Positions 18,552 to 28,332 of a stretch of 64,000 bases of DNA are shown here, in pieces. Position 1 is the stretch's first letter, and each line of letters opens with the position of its first letter. Below the pieces are notes generated by a model, which saw nothing but the letters and a program-made list of their open reading frames with translations, did not search any database and was not told the DNA's origin. Source of the stretch: Christensenellaceae bacterium (GTDB taxonomy: Bacteria; Bacillota; Clostridia; Christensenellales; CALMFG01). A program made the position numbers and the translations under genes. The stretch covers positions 6,642 through 70,641 of the forward strand of contig CAXXNY010000021.1 in NCBI GenBank assembly GCA_963674805.2, read 5' to 3'.

Positions 18552-19540
18552 GCTTGCAGTCATCTGTAAAAAAATCGGCATCAGCCGATGCAACGCAACA
18601 AAATTTTGACAGAAAGAAAATGCTTTCAACATTAAGCCCGATTATTGGTTTAATTGCGCTGATTATATTGGCCAGTGCACTGTCCGATGTTTTCCTGACG
18701 GCCACCAACATGACTAACGTTTTAAGACAGGTCTCTGTGTTGGGGTTTGCATCCCTTGGTATGACCATTGTGATCTTAACCGAGAACATCGACCTTTCCA
18801 TTATTGGTACGGTCAGCATGACGACCAGTCTGACTGCGGTGCTGCTCCAGCACGAGTGGGCGGTGCTGCCAACCATTATCGTCGTTATTATTGCGGGAGC
18901 AATCGTCGGACTCATCAACGGGATTATCTTAAGCCTGTTCAAGATTGAATCATTCGTTATCACGATGGGGATGCAGGTTGTCTGCTTTGGTATGGCGCTG
19001 TTTATTGCCGGCGGAAGAACGGTTATTGTCGATAACCTTGATCCGTTTATGATTGATCTGGCTTCGATCAAGGTATTCGGCCAGATCCCGGTAATGTTCC
19101 TGGTGCTGCTTGGCTTCTACCTGCTGTTCTTTGTCTTTACGAAGTATACCAGAATGGGCCGCTATATTTATGCACTCGGCGGCAACGAAGAAGTCTGTTA
19201 CATTTCCGGCGTTAACGTATCGGCAGTCCGGATTACGGCGTATATCTTAAGCGGATGTATGGCTGCTGTTGCCGGTATCTTCACCTTCAGCCGTTCGCTC
19301 TGCGGCGACCCGGCGGCAGGAACTGCGCTCGGTATGTATGTTGTGGCTGCGGTTGTTATCGGCGGCACCAAGATGAGTGGCGGACGCGGCGGCGTGCTGT
19401 TCACCATCGTTGGTATCTTCATTATCGGTATTATCAATAATACGCTTAATCTGGTTGGATTCGAATATTATGCCCAGCAGATTATTCAAGGTGTGATTAT
19501 AATCTTTGCTGTTGTGATCAGCAGCAAGAGAAGAAGATAG
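18548..19540 (+). CDS. CUT2-family sugar ABC transporter permease (RbsC-like)
   Basis: Start overlaps the ATPase stop (ATGA). Polytopic, with typical IDLSIG and YALGGNEE...SGVNV motifs. Confidence 0.9.
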   Translation: MSLQSSVKKSASADATQQNFDRKKMLSTLSPIIGLIALIILASALSDVFLTATNMTNVLRQVSVLGFASLGMTIVILTENIDLSIIGTVSMTTSLTAVLLQHEWAVLPTIIVVIIAGAIVGLINGIILSLFKIESFVITMGMQVVCFGMALFIAGGRTVIVDNLDPFMIDLASIKVFGQIPVMFLVLLGFYLLFFVFTKYTRMGRYIYALGGNEEVCYISGVNVSAVRITAYILSGCMAAVAGIFTFSRSLCGDPAAGTALGMYVVAAVVIGGTKMSGGRGGVLFTIVGIFIIGIINNTLNLVGFEYYAQQIIQGVIIIFAVVISSKRRR

Positions 19541-19578
19541 CCCCCAGAAGGGAGCGGAAAAATTAAAGGAGGAACGTT

Positions 19579-20595
19579 ATGAAAAGAGCATCACTCAGAC
19601 TTTTAGTCTTTTTGCTGGTATTGGTATTCGCCTTTACTGTAGCAGGATGTTCTGCAAAGGAAGCAGCAGCTCCGGCAGAAGCTGAAGAAATGGCCCCGGC
19701 AGAAGAAGCGGTCGTTGAGGAAGAGCCTGTAGAAGAAGCGCATTATCTCATTGGTATTTCACAGCCTTTTATGGGACATCCGATTCGCCAGGCTGGTACA
19801 GTTTTGATCGATGCATGGCTGGCAGAGCATCCGAATGTTGAAGTTATGGTTACAGACGGACAGCTGAATGCCCAGAAACAGATTGCTGACATCGAAGATA
19901 TGATCACGAAAAAAGTTGATATTATCTTAGTTGCTGCGCATCAGTCTCCGACATTGGTTGGCGTATTACGCGAAGCAAAAGCAGCCGGAATCCCGGTTAT
20001 CGCTTTTGACAGAACGCTCACAGACCCTTCCGTTCAGGTTGGTATGGTTGTTAACGACGACTATGCAGCAGGCCAGAGTGCGGCGAAACTGTTAGTTCAG
20101 GGCATGGGCGAAGAAGGCAAGGTTGTCATTCTTGAAGGTCCTGCAGGCAACACGACTGTTAACCTGCGCCAGGACGGCTTTATGAGTGTTATCAGCCAAT
20201 ATCCTGGAATCGAAATCGTTGACGATCAGGTCGCGAACTTCCAGAGGGTTCAGGCTGTTGATATTTTCGAAAATATCCTTCAGGCTAATCCGGATGTAAC
20301 CGGCGTATACACACATAATGATGAAATGTCACTGGGCTGTGTCAAGGTTCTTAAAGATGCCGGCGTTGAAGGCGTTACCGTTGTGGGTATTGACGGTCAG
20401 AAAGACGCGCTTGAGGCGATAATGGCTGGAGATTATTACGGCACAGTTAGAAAAGTTGTTGAGTTCCCCGCGGCTTTAGATATGGCTTTGGAATATCTTG
20501 AAACCGGATCAACGACACCGATTAATTACTTGGATTCTATTCCGATCACGGCTGATAACGTAGCTGATTATTATGATCCGGATGCTGTATTCTAA
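19579..20595 (+). CDS. Sugar ABC transporter substrate-binding lipoprotein (RbsB-like)
   Basis: Signal peptide with lipobox (TVAGC), then an Ala/Glu/Pro-rich linker and a type I periplasmic-binding fold (IAFDR, GPAG motifs). Confidence 0.9.
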   Translation: MKRASLRLLVFLLVLVFAFTVAGCSAKEAAAPAEAEEMAPAEEAVVEEEPVEEAHYLIGISQPFMGHPIRQAGTVLIDAWLAEHPNVEVMVTDGQLNAQKQIADIEDMITKKVDIILVAAHQSPTLVGVLREAKAAGIPVIAFDRTLTDPSVQVGMVVNDDYAAGQSAAKLLVQGMGEEGKVVILEGPAGNTTVNLRQDGFMSVISQYPGIEIVDDQVANFQRVQAVDIFENILQANPDVTGVYTHNDEMSLGCVKVLKDAGVEGVTVVGIDGQKDALEAIMAGDYYGTVRKVVEFPAALDMALEYLETGSTTPINYLDSIPITADNVADYYDPDAVF

Positions 20596-20621
20596 AAACA
20601 TGTAAACCTTAAAAGTATCAT

Positions 20622-20641
20622 AGCTGCGATCATTCGCAGCT
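20622..20641 (+). other. Intercistronic stem-loop after the binding-protein gene
   Basis: AGCTGCGA-TCAT-TCGCAGCT is a perfect 8-bp stem with no U-tract. It is probably an mRNA-stability or partial-termination element. Confidence 0.4.
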
Positions 20642-20666
20642 GTGGTACTTGCTATTTAGAGGGACG

Positions 20667-21761
20667 ATGAATAAACAAGACTTAGCAAAAAAACCATATA
20701 TATTGGGACTTAACCGGGTGGAGCGCCTCTATGTCGGCGGGAAGCTGCTGGATGAATGGCAGGGTCTCGACAAACAACAGGACAGTGTGATGTCCGAAGA
20801 GTTTATTGCGTCTACGGTTGAATATATGGGCCCGATGAAAGACGTCATTGACAATGGCATCAGCCGGACGGTATTGGATGACGGCAGCATTATTAATCTT
20901 AGGGATTTAATTAATTCAGATAAATCCGCCTTTTTAGGCGATCAATATAAAGACCGGTGCATGGATGGCCAGATGGGTGTTTTGGCCCGCGTGGGCGACA
21001 CGATAGTCAGGTTGGTGATCCAAGTGCATCCGACTGCAGAGACGGCCAAACGGTTTTTCAACTATCCGTCGGGTAAATCAGAAGCATGGTATATCGTTAA
21101 TACCCGTGAGATAGACGGGGTACACCCATACGTGTATGCAGGATTCAAGAAACATGTGACCAAGGCGCCTTGGCGCGAGCTGTTTGAAAAGCAGGATGTG
21201 GAAGGTATGCTGTCCTGTATGCACAAAATTGATGTGAATGCAGGGGACATGGTTTTAATCGATTCCGGGATGCCGCATGCAATGGGGGCGGGAAGCCTGT
21301 TCCTTGAGATACATGAAGCGTGTGATTATACGATCCGGCTGGAAAAGAATTATGCCGTAAGGCCTTTGGCTGATGAAGAGCTTCACTATGGCGTGGGTTA
21401 TGACGCGATGTTTGAGATGTTTAGGTATGATACATACACAGAAGATGAGATCAGACAAAAAGTAATGCCAAAACCGGTGACGGAGATCAGCAGCAAAGCC
21501 GGAACACTATCAACACTGCTGGATTATGATGCGACAGATAAATTCATGATTAAGCGGCTTGACTTAAACGGCCGGTTCACGATTCCGGATTTTGACGGAC
21601 ATTATATTATGATTACAACCAAAGGGAAGACCACCCTGCACTATGACGGTGGAAGCGTCACAGCGGAGCAGGGCCGCGGCATCTTTGTTCCCGCAGCATG
21701 CAGGAACCTTGAGGCTGAGGGCCGGGGAGAACTCGTGCTGGGATATCCTTTTCAGGTATAG
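20667..21761 (+). CDS. Type I phosphomannose-isomerase-like cupin
   Basis: ATG at 20667 after GAGGGA. It has QVHP, SEAWYIV, GMPHAMGAG and EIHEACDYTIRL motifs, arranged as in class I mannose-6-phosphate isomerases. Confidence 0.7.
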   Translation: MNKQDLAKKPYILGLNRVERLYVGGKLLDEWQGLDKQQDSVMSEEFIASTVEYMGPMKDVIDNGISRTVLDDGSIINLRDLINSDKSAFLGDQYKDRCMDGQMGVLARVGDTIVRLVIQVHPTAETAKRFFNYPSGKSEAWYIVNTREIDGVHPYVYAGFKKHVTKAPWRELFEKQDVEGMLSCMHKIDVNAGDMVLIDSGMPHAMGAGSLFLEIHEACDYTIRLEKNYAVRPLADEELHYGVGYDAMFEMFRYDTYTEDEIRQKVMPKPVTEISSKAGTLSTLLDYDATDKFMIKRLDLNGRFTIPDFDGHYIMITTKGKTTLHYDGGSVTAEQGRGIFVPAACRNLEAEGRGELVLGYPFQV

Positions 21762-21769
21762 GAGCGGTT

Positions 21770-22432
21770 ATGAGATATTCACCATCACTCGCATGCGCCA
21801 GCCAGCTCAACATGCTGGCGGACATCAAAGAACTTGAAAAAGCGGGTATCGATATGCTGCATATTGATATCATGGACGGCAACTATGTGCCTAATATTTG
21901 CTTAAACCCGGATTTATGCCGGGAACTTAAGTCAGCGTTCCCCAAGATGGAGCTAGATGTGCATGTCATGGTCAAGCGGCCGATGGACTATATTGCGCGT
22001 TTTGCTGAGATGGGTGCGGAGTGGTTTACGTTCCACAGTGACGCCACAAACTTTTCAAAACGTACAATCAGCCGGATAAAAGCGGCGGGCATGAGAGCGG
22101 GTATCGCATTAAACCCGAGCCAGCCGGTCAGTGCACTGCTGCCGTTTATCGATGAGGTTGATATGGTGCTGATGATGGCGATTGAGCCCGGATTTTCCGG
22201 ACAACAGTTTATAGAGGACAGTTATGCTCGAATTGATGAGCTGAAAAAAATAAGAGAAGAAAGGCATTTAAAATTTCTAATCAATGTGGATGGCGGAATA
22301 AATGCGCCAATTGGAAAACAATGTATAAATCATGGTGCGGATATTTTGGTACTAGGGGTCTTTGCATGTTTTAATCAAAACAAATCCATTTCCTTGGCTT
22401 GTAAGGTATTTGATGAAGAATTAAAAGGGTAA
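21770..22432 (+). CDS. Ribulose-phosphate 3-epimerase family (Rpe/AlsE-like)
   Basis: HIDIMDGNYVPN, DVHVMV, EPGFSGQ and VDGG motifs. Confidence 0.8.
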   Translation: MRYSPSLACASQLNMLADIKELEKAGIDMLHIDIMDGNYVPNICLNPDLCRELKSAFPKMELDVHVMVKRPMDYIARFAEMGAEWFTFHSDATNFSKRTISRIKAAGMRAGIALNPSQPVSALLPFIDEVDMVLMMAIEPGFSGQQFIEDSYARIDELKKIREERHLKFLINVDGGINAPIGKQCINHGADILVLGVFACFNQNKSISLACKVFDEELKG

Positions 22433-22437
22433 TCGGA

Positions 22438-23274
22438 ATGAACTATATTTTCTTAAACTTGAAACGATTTGATGTGCCAAAGACACTGGGCGGAATCAGC
22501 ACGGATAACGATGCAACGGCCTGGGGGAGTAACATTATCTCGGGTATTGACGATGGCGTGAAGGCTTATCAGGATACAACTTTCGCATCGTTTCTGCCTG
22601 AAGCACATATTATCGGGGCGGCAAAGGCAAAGAGCAAAGACTCGGTCATGGAGATCGGGAGCCAGAGCGTACATTGGGGGGACGTTAAAACAGGAGAAAA
22701 TATCGGTGCGTTTACATCCGGCAGAACCGCTAAATCAATGAAAGCGCTGGGATGCGAATGGACGATTATCGGGCATTGTGAAGAACGCCGCGATTTAAAC
22801 CATATCCTTTCAACCGGCGGATGCGGCGGCCAAAGCGCTGTCTCACGTATCTTGAACGGAAAAGTCAAAGCGGCGCAGAGCGGAGGGCTGAATGTGCTGT
22901 ATTGCGTGGGGGAGACAGAGGACGAGCAGCCGAATCGTTATGAAGTGATCAAGCAGCAGATTACAGACGGACTTCAGGGTGTGGATTTGTCAAATGTTGT
23001 GATCGCATATGAACCGGTTTGGGCAATCGGCCCGGGGAAAACCCCTCCGGACGACGCATATATCAGAAACATTGCGCAGTTTATTAAAAAGCAGGTATCC
23101 GTGCCGGTGGTATACGGTGGCGGCCTTAAGCAGGATAATGCCGAAATGCTGGCCTCCATTAAAGAGATTGACGGCGGATTGATTGCATTAACACGGTTCA
23201 CGGGAGATGTTGGGTTTTATCCGGATGAATACTTGGAAATAGTGGATATATATCTGACTTCAAAGAAAGGTTAA
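22438..23274 (+). CDS. Triose-phosphate-isomerase-family paralog (278 aa, with insertions)
   Basis: The catalytic constellation is retained: NLK (Asn/Lys), IIGHCEERR (His) and AYEPVWAIGPG (Glu). It is about 25 aa longer than a canonical TpiA. Confidence 0.75.
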   Translation: MNYIFLNLKRFDVPKTLGGISTDNDATAWGSNIISGIDDGVKAYQDTTFASFLPEAHIIGAAKAKSKDSVMEIGSQSVHWGDVKTGENIGAFTSGRTAKSMKALGCEWTIIGHCEERRDLNHILSTGGCGGQSAVSRILNGKVKAAQSGGLNVLYCVGETEDEQPNRYEVIKQQITDGLQGVDLSNVVIAYEPVWAIGPGKTPPDDAYIRNIAQFIKKQVSVPVVYGGGLKQDNAEMLASIKEIDGGLIALTRFTGDVGFYPDEYLEIVDIYLTSKKG

Positions 23275-23281
23275 CAGACGA

Positions 23282-24727
23282 ATGAAAATAGATTTTGAAT
23301 ACGGACAGGGATTAATGGCAGCGGAACTGCCGGACGAGAGAACGGATGTCTTTATTCCCGGCGAAACAGTACCGGATCCGCCCATTATTCCGGCGGAAGA
23401 ACTGCAAGCGAAAACGCGCGAGTCTATATTAAACCCGATCGGCATGGACCCCATCAGCAAGCTGGTGAAAGCGGGTTCGAAAGTGACGATTATTTTCCCG
23501 GACCGTGTTAAAGGCGGATTCCAGTATAATTCACACCGGAAGGTATCAATCCCGATTTTGATTGAAGAATGCGTAAAAGCAGGCGTTGATAAAAAAGACA
23601 TTCTGCTGATATGCTCGAACGGTCTGCATCGGAAAAACACCAAAGAAGAGATTAAGAGCATCTTAGGCGACGATCTGTTTAACGAGTATTGGTGGAAAAA
23701 CCAGATCATCAATCACGACAGTGAGGACTATGATCATCTGGTTGACCTGGGATGTGATGAAAATAATAATCCGGTCATCATGAGCAAGTATGTGTACGAA
23801 AGCGACTTGGCGATTTGCATCGGCCACACGCTCGGAAATCCGTACGGCGGGTATTCGGGCGGATATAAGCATACAGCGACAGGCATCACGCACTGGAAGT
23901 CGATCGCCAGTCACCATGTACCGGATGTCATGCATAAACCCGACTTCATTCCGGTAAGCTCGCATTCGACCATGCGTAGTAAGTTCGACACGATTTCCAT
24001 GCATATGGAAAAATGTATGGGCAGAAAATTTTTCATGTGTGATGCGGTGCTGGATACCAAAGCCCGCCAGATTGCAATTTTCTCCGGGTATGCAAAAGAG
24101 ATGCAGCCGCTTTCCTGGAAGGTGGCGGACGTCCGTACATATGTACCGTATGCCAAAGAAAAGTATGACATTATGATTTTCGGTATGCCCCAAAACTTCC
24201 ACTACGGCAACGGGATGGGCACAAACCCAATCTTTATGATGCAGGCGGCGTCGGCTCAGATTATCCGCCATAAACGCGTGATGAAAGACAATGCGGTCAT
24301 GATTTTCTCCTCTATCTGCAACGGCTATTTCCATGACCAGGAATTCCCGTCCTACCGTGAGACCTATGAGCTGTTCCAGCAGGACTATCATAACCAACTG
24401 CCGGACATGGCGGAACATGGTGCGGCGTTTGCGATGAAAAAACATTATACGGATGCATACCGTTACAACTATGCGTACCATCCGTATCATGCGTTTTCAA
24501 TGATGAGCTGCGGCCACCTGGCGGAGAAGCACTGCAGTGCGGTCTATTGCGTGGGTGCATACGAACCGGGCTTTGCGCGGGGAATGGGGCTGAAAACACG
24601 TAAAACATTTGAAGAGGCATTAAAAGACGCAGAGAAGTACGTCGGACCCAACCCGAAGATTCTTGCTTTGCCGCTGACCTTTAAACTGGCGGCTGTGCAT
24701 CTGATGATGGAAAATGAGTCAAACTGA
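23282..24727 (+). CDS. LarA-family (nickel-pincer cofactor dependent) 2-hydroxyacid racemase/epimerase homolog
   Basis: 481 aa. The N-terminal DUF2088-like region has a GLHR motif (CSNGLHRKNT). GHTLGNPYGGYSGGYKH matches the Lys/His cofactor-anchoring segment of lactate racemase. Confidence 0.7.
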   Translation: MKIDFEYGQGLMAAELPDERTDVFIPGETVPDPPIIPAEELQAKTRESILNPIGMDPISKLVKAGSKVTIIFPDRVKGGFQYNSHRKVSIPILIEECVKAGVDKKDILLICSNGLHRKNTKEEIKSILGDDLFNEYWWKNQIINHDSEDYDHLVDLGCDENNNPVIMSKYVYESDLAICIGHTLGNPYGGYSGGYKHTATGITHWKSIASHHVPDVMHKPDFIPVSSHSTMRSKFDTISMHMEKCMGRKFFMCDAVLDTKARQIAIFSGYAKEMQPLSWKVADVRTYVPYAKEKYDIMIFGMPQNFHYGNGMGTNPIFMMQAASAQIIRHKRVMKDNAVMIFSSICNGYFHDQEFPSYRETYELFQQDYHNQLPDMAEHGAAFAMKKHYTDAYRYNYAYHPYHAFSMMSCGHLAEKHCSAVYCVGAYEPGFARGMGLKTRKTFEEALKDAEKYVGPNPKILALPLTFKLAAVHLMMENESN

Positions 24728-25220
24728 AGAGAAAAATAAAATGGCTGAATTTGAACCCAAAGACGTTTTTAAAAATCCGATTCAAATCGGTATGGTGGTT
24801 GAAGACCTGGAAGGTGCGCTCAGGAATTTTGAGGAAATACTCGGTATAGGCCCGTTTACGATTGTTGATTTCCCGCCGGGCGGGGAAGATGTCAAGATGA
24901 TGTATAAAGGCAAACCCGAACCTTTCACGGCGAAATTTTGTTTCTTCAATTTAGGGAATATCGAAATCGAGGTGATTCAACCGCTGACTGGAAAAACCAT
25001 CTGGCGGGATTTTTTGGACGAAAAAGGGCCGGGCTTGCACCATATCAAGTTCAGCGTTCCGGAGCACGAACCTGCCAAAACCTATTTAGAGGGGAAAGAC
25101 TTAAGCATTTCTCAGATGGGAGCTTCGGTCGGCAAGAATCTTGGCAAGGAATGGGTCTATTACGATACGGAAGATAAAGTCGGATTTGCGATTGAACTAA
25201 TGAACGAGATTGTGAAATAA
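24714..25220 (+). CDS. VOC (glyoxalase/bleomycin-resistance/dioxygenase) family protein
   Basis: IQIGMVVEDLEGA...IEVIQP...GLHHIKFSV...FAIELM is a paired beta-alpha-beta-beta-beta module pattern. The start is uncertain (24714 or 24741). Confidence 0.7.
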   Translation: MSQTEEKNKMAEFEPKDVFKNPIQIGMVVEDLEGALRNFEEILGIGPFTIVDFPPGGEDVKMMYKGKPEPFTAKFCFFNLGNIEIEVIQPLTGKTIWRDFLDEKGPGLHHIKFSVPEHEPAKTYLEGKDLSISQMGASVGKNLGKEWVYYDTEDKVGFAIELMNEIVK

Positions 25221-25368
25221 GAACGCATAGCCGTTCCATACGGAATGAGACTGAAGATAAAAACGGTCTCACGAATATGCAGAATAAACGCAGACGCTGG
25301 CGAATATGCTGGCGGCTGCGCATTTGTATAGGGATGAAAAATCCAGATTGGATCACAGAAAGGGATCG

Positions 25369-26091
25369 ATGACCGAAACCATTATCATTATTGCATGCAT
25401 CACCTTGGTTGGCGCCTTTGTTCAGGGATTGACGGGCTTCGGATTTTCGATTATCGCGATTTCCATTATGCCGTTGATACTGCCGGTGACGCACTGTATC
25501 ATTATCCTGCTCTCCTGTTCAACGCTTATCACGGGATTCCTGGCGCTTAGAAACATCAGATATGTCAATGTCCGGCTCTTAATTGTGCCGTTAATCTTTT
25601 CTCTGATCGGCAGTTATATCGGTTTAACCCTGTTATTTCAGGCCGAGAACGGATTGATGACAAAGCTTCTGGGTGCTGTGCTGGTTTTACTTGCGGCATA
25701 CTTTTTCTTTTTTGCCAACCGGATCAAAATCCCGAACAATCAGTATTCGGCGTTTGCAGCAGGGCTGGTGTCTGGTGTGCTCGGCGGGCTGTTTAATGTC
25801 CCGGGGCCGCCGATGGTACTGTATTATTCGGTTGCGCTGGAAGACAAGCGCACATATTACGCAACGCTGCAGACCCTTTTCTTTTTCACCGCCATATTTA
25901 AACTCGGCTATTATATCTTAAGACAGGGCATTCCGCAGACGATCGTGACGGTTATTCCATACGCGGCCGCGTCCAGTGTTGCCGGGATGTTGCTGGGATT
26001 CATGCTGTTTAAAAAACTCTGCCCGGAGACCATTAAAAAACTGGTGTACATCATGGTCGCATGCTTCGGGCTGGTTTATTTAATCCGATGA
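25369..26091 (+). CDS. TauE/SafE (DUF81) family anion permease
   Basis: ATG at 25369 after AAAGGGA. About 7-8 TM segments, with a G-rich first helix (FVQGLTGFGFS) and GGLFNVPGPP repeat-half motifs. Confidence 0.75.
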   Translation: MTETIIIIACITLVGAFVQGLTGFGFSIIAISIMPLILPVTHCIIILLSCSTLITGFLALRNIRYVNVRLLIVPLIFSLIGSYIGLTLLFQAENGLMTKLLGAVLVLLAAYFFFFANRIKIPNNQYSAFAAGLVSGVLGGLFNVPGPPMVLYYSVALEDKRTYYATLQTLFFFTAIFKLGYYILRQGIPQTIVTVIPYAAASSVAGMLLGFMLFKKLCPETIKKLVYIMVACFGLVYLIR

Positions 26092-26101
26092 CGGGGAACC
26101 A

Positions 26102-26869
26102 ATGATTTTATATTTTGTCACAACTTTAATCGCCACGCTCATCGGCTCGGTCGCTGGCATGGGCGGCGGGGTAATTATCAAACCGGTGCTGGATTTAATC
26201 GGCGATTATGACATCGTTACGATTTCGATGCTGTCTTCGCTTACCGTTGTCAGCATGGCGCTTACAGCGACAGTAAAGCAGATGAGAAGCGGTTTTTTGG
26301 TCACAAAGCCGATGATCGCAGTAACCGCCGGCGCAGTGATCGGCGGCACTTTAGGCGGCGTCATTTTTTCGATTGCAAAGGCGGGCATGAATCCGAATAC
26401 GGTTACCGTGGTTCAATCGGCAATACTGATTGCGCTCATGGTTTTCTGCCTTTTCTATCAGCAGCTTCCAACGAAGCATGTGCATTCTGCTTTCGGACAG
26501 GGATTGGTCGGAATGCTCCTTGGGGTGCTCGGCACGTTTCTCGGCATCGGAGGCGGCCCGATTAACGTGGCGGCGCTGGTGCTGATTATGGGAATCGGCA
26601 TACGCGATGCGGCCAAGATATCGGTGTTTGTGATTTTATTTGCACAGGCCTTCGGGCTGATCACCAAGGCATTTAACGGCCAGTATCAGATGGTACAGGA
26701 TTACCGCATGCTGCTGGTCATGATACCGGCGGCGGTTATCGGCGGACTTGCAGGATCTGTTCTTAATATCCGGCTAAAGGAAAAGCAAATTCATCGGATA
26801 TATATCGCAGTGGTGTTCGCTGTGATGATAATCTGCGGCTATAATATCTATAGCAATATCAGCATTTAA
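26102..26869 (+). CDS. TauE/SafE (DUF81) family anion permease, second paralog
   Basis: VAGMGGGVIIKP and GIGGGPINV motifs, polytopic. It starts 10 nt after the first paralog. Confidence 0.75.
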   Translation: MILYFVTTLIATLIGSVAGMGGGVIIKPVLDLIGDYDIVTISMLSSLTVVSMALTATVKQMRSGFLVTKPMIAVTAGAVIGGTLGGVIFSIAKAGMNPNTVTVVQSAILIALMVFCLFYQQLPTKHVHSAFGQGLVGMLLGVLGTFLGIGGGPINVAALVLIMGIGIRDAAKISVFVILFAQAFGLITKAFNGQYQMVQDYRMLLVMIPAAVIGGLAGSVLNIRLKEKQIHRIYIAVVFAVMIICGYNIYSNISI

Positions 26870-27071
26870 GCAAACCGAAAATTCACATCACTTTTTACGT
26901 ACACAACCAAATTGATTAATCACATTTTGCCTGGGTTCAATTAAAAATCAATTCAGACTGATTCAGCAACAAAGCAACCGCATATGCTCAAGTGCGCCGA
27001 TATTTATGCAGTTTTCGTTGATTCTATGCAGAAATCAGCGGAAGTATTGTGCCGAATCAGCATTTATGATA

Positions 27072-27100
27072 TTGACAAGAAGCACCTTTATCAATATATT
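27072..27100 (+). promoter_or_regulatory. SigA-type promoter for the IclR regulator gene
   Basis: TTGACA, a 17-nt spacer, then TATATT. It lies about 47 nt upstream of the ATG at 27147. Confidence 0.6.
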
Positions 27101-27146
27101 TAAGTTAATATTCAGTATCTTTCGCAACAACAATGAGGAATAGTGT

Positions 27147-27905
27147 ATGAGCAAAACGCTTAATGAGGCAGTAAAAATCTTAGATGAATTAAGTAATCAT
27201 GAACAGCTGACATTGACCCAAATCGCCCGTATTACCGGCATGAATAAAAGCTCTGTATATCGATTGCTGAATACATTGATTGAAAATGAATTCGTCGACA
27301 AAGATGAAAATACAAAATCATACCGGCTGAGCCTGGGCTTGTTGAGATACAGGCCCGCACTTTTAAGCAGCCGGAACTTAATTTTGGTTGCCAAGCCTTT
27401 TCTGGCCGAAATTGTTGCTAAGACCGGAGAAAGCGTTCAGCTGAGTGTACCCACTCACCGCAATACGATCATCACAATCGACATACAAAACAGCGGCGGA
27501 TTTATTAATCTGTCTGAGAGCATCGGCACGGAAGACCCGCTTCACTGTACGGCCATCGGTAAGGCCTATCTGGCTTTTCTGGACAGCCATCAGAGGGATG
27601 TGGTGATTGACCAGATCGAATTCCGGCGCTTGACCAAAAACACCATACTTACCAAAAAGGAATTGATTGAGTCTCTGGATAAAGTCCGGAAAACCGGATA
27701 TGCCCTTGATGATGAGGAATGTATTGAAGGGATACGCTGTGTGGCATCTCCGGTATTGGATTATATCAGTTTCCCAATTGCCTCAGTCGGGATTACCGGC
27801 CCTTCAAGCAGGATTGATGTTTCCAAAATGGAACAGTATGGCGAAATCATCAAAGAGATTGCACAGCGGCTTTCACAAAAACTGCATTGTCCGGTAAACA
27901 CTTAA
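27147..27905 (+). CDS. IclR-family transcriptional regulator
   Basis: N-terminal wHTH (LTLTQIARITGMNKSSVYRLLNTL) and a C-terminal IclR effector domain (GIRCVASPV). Confidence 0.85.
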   Translation: MSKTLNEAVKILDELSNHEQLTLTQIARITGMNKSSVYRLLNTLIENEFVDKDENTKSYRLSLGLLRYRPALLSSRNLILVAKPFLAEIVAKTGESVQLSVPTHRNTIITIDIQNSGGFINLSESIGTEDPLHCTAIGKAYLAFLDSHQRDVVIDQIEFRRLTKNTILTKKELIESLDKVRKTGYALDDEECIEGIRCVASPVLDYISFPIASVGITGPSSRIDVSKMEQYGEIIKEIAQRLSQKLHCPVNT

Positions 27906-28006
27906 TTAAAGCAAATAGATATTGCGACAAATAATATTTTTATAGAAGTTAAATCATTTTTAATTTAAGAACCATTTAGCATTTCATATAAAACAGTATT
28001 TTGACA

Positions 28007-28051
28007 AGACTAATTCTCGTTTAATTAAAGACTTGAGTTAGTCTCTTTTTT
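28007..28051 (+). terminator. Probable terminator after the IclR gene
   Basis: AGACTAA ... TTAGTCT stem (alternative inner stem AGACT/AGTCT), followed by CTTTTTT. Confidence 0.45.
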
Positions 28052-28315
28052 GCTTAGAAAAGATTGTCCTGCTGTCGTCTGTATACCATGGTTGGTAAGC
28101 GAATATCTTAAAAAATAAAACTACAGTTCGATATTTGAAACAATTTGTCTAACGTTTATTATCAGTATTTTATAAAATTTAGCCATTATTACGTAGAAAA
28201 ATGACGTTAAGTTGGTGTCAGCTGTTCTGTACAGTGAATTAACGGATCAAATAGTGAAACAAAAAGCTCATAATTTGACCTAAATTCAATGGAAATACGG
28301 TGAAAATTGACTAAA

Positions 28316-28332
28316 GTTTCAATATATGAAAT
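28316..28332. promoter_or_regulatory. Candidate operator palindrome (GTTTCA-N5-TGAAAT)
   Basis: GTTTCAATATATGAAAT. It is related to the sites at 28426-28442 and, in reverse orientation, 28126-28141. Confidence 0.4.

Noticed and set aside
19648-19745. Repetitive GCAGAAGAAGC-type DNA at the 5' end of the binding-protein genes, also at 34291-34385.
   Set aside because: It encodes the Ala/Glu/Pro-rich flexible linker that follows the lipobox in Firmicute lipoproteins. It is not an independent tandem-repeat element.
23663-24490. 275-aa ORF on the minus strand.
   Set aside because: It lies entirely antisense to the LarA-like CDS, which has clear family motifs. Its Arg/His/Val-rich composition is typical of a shadow frame, and it has no RBS.
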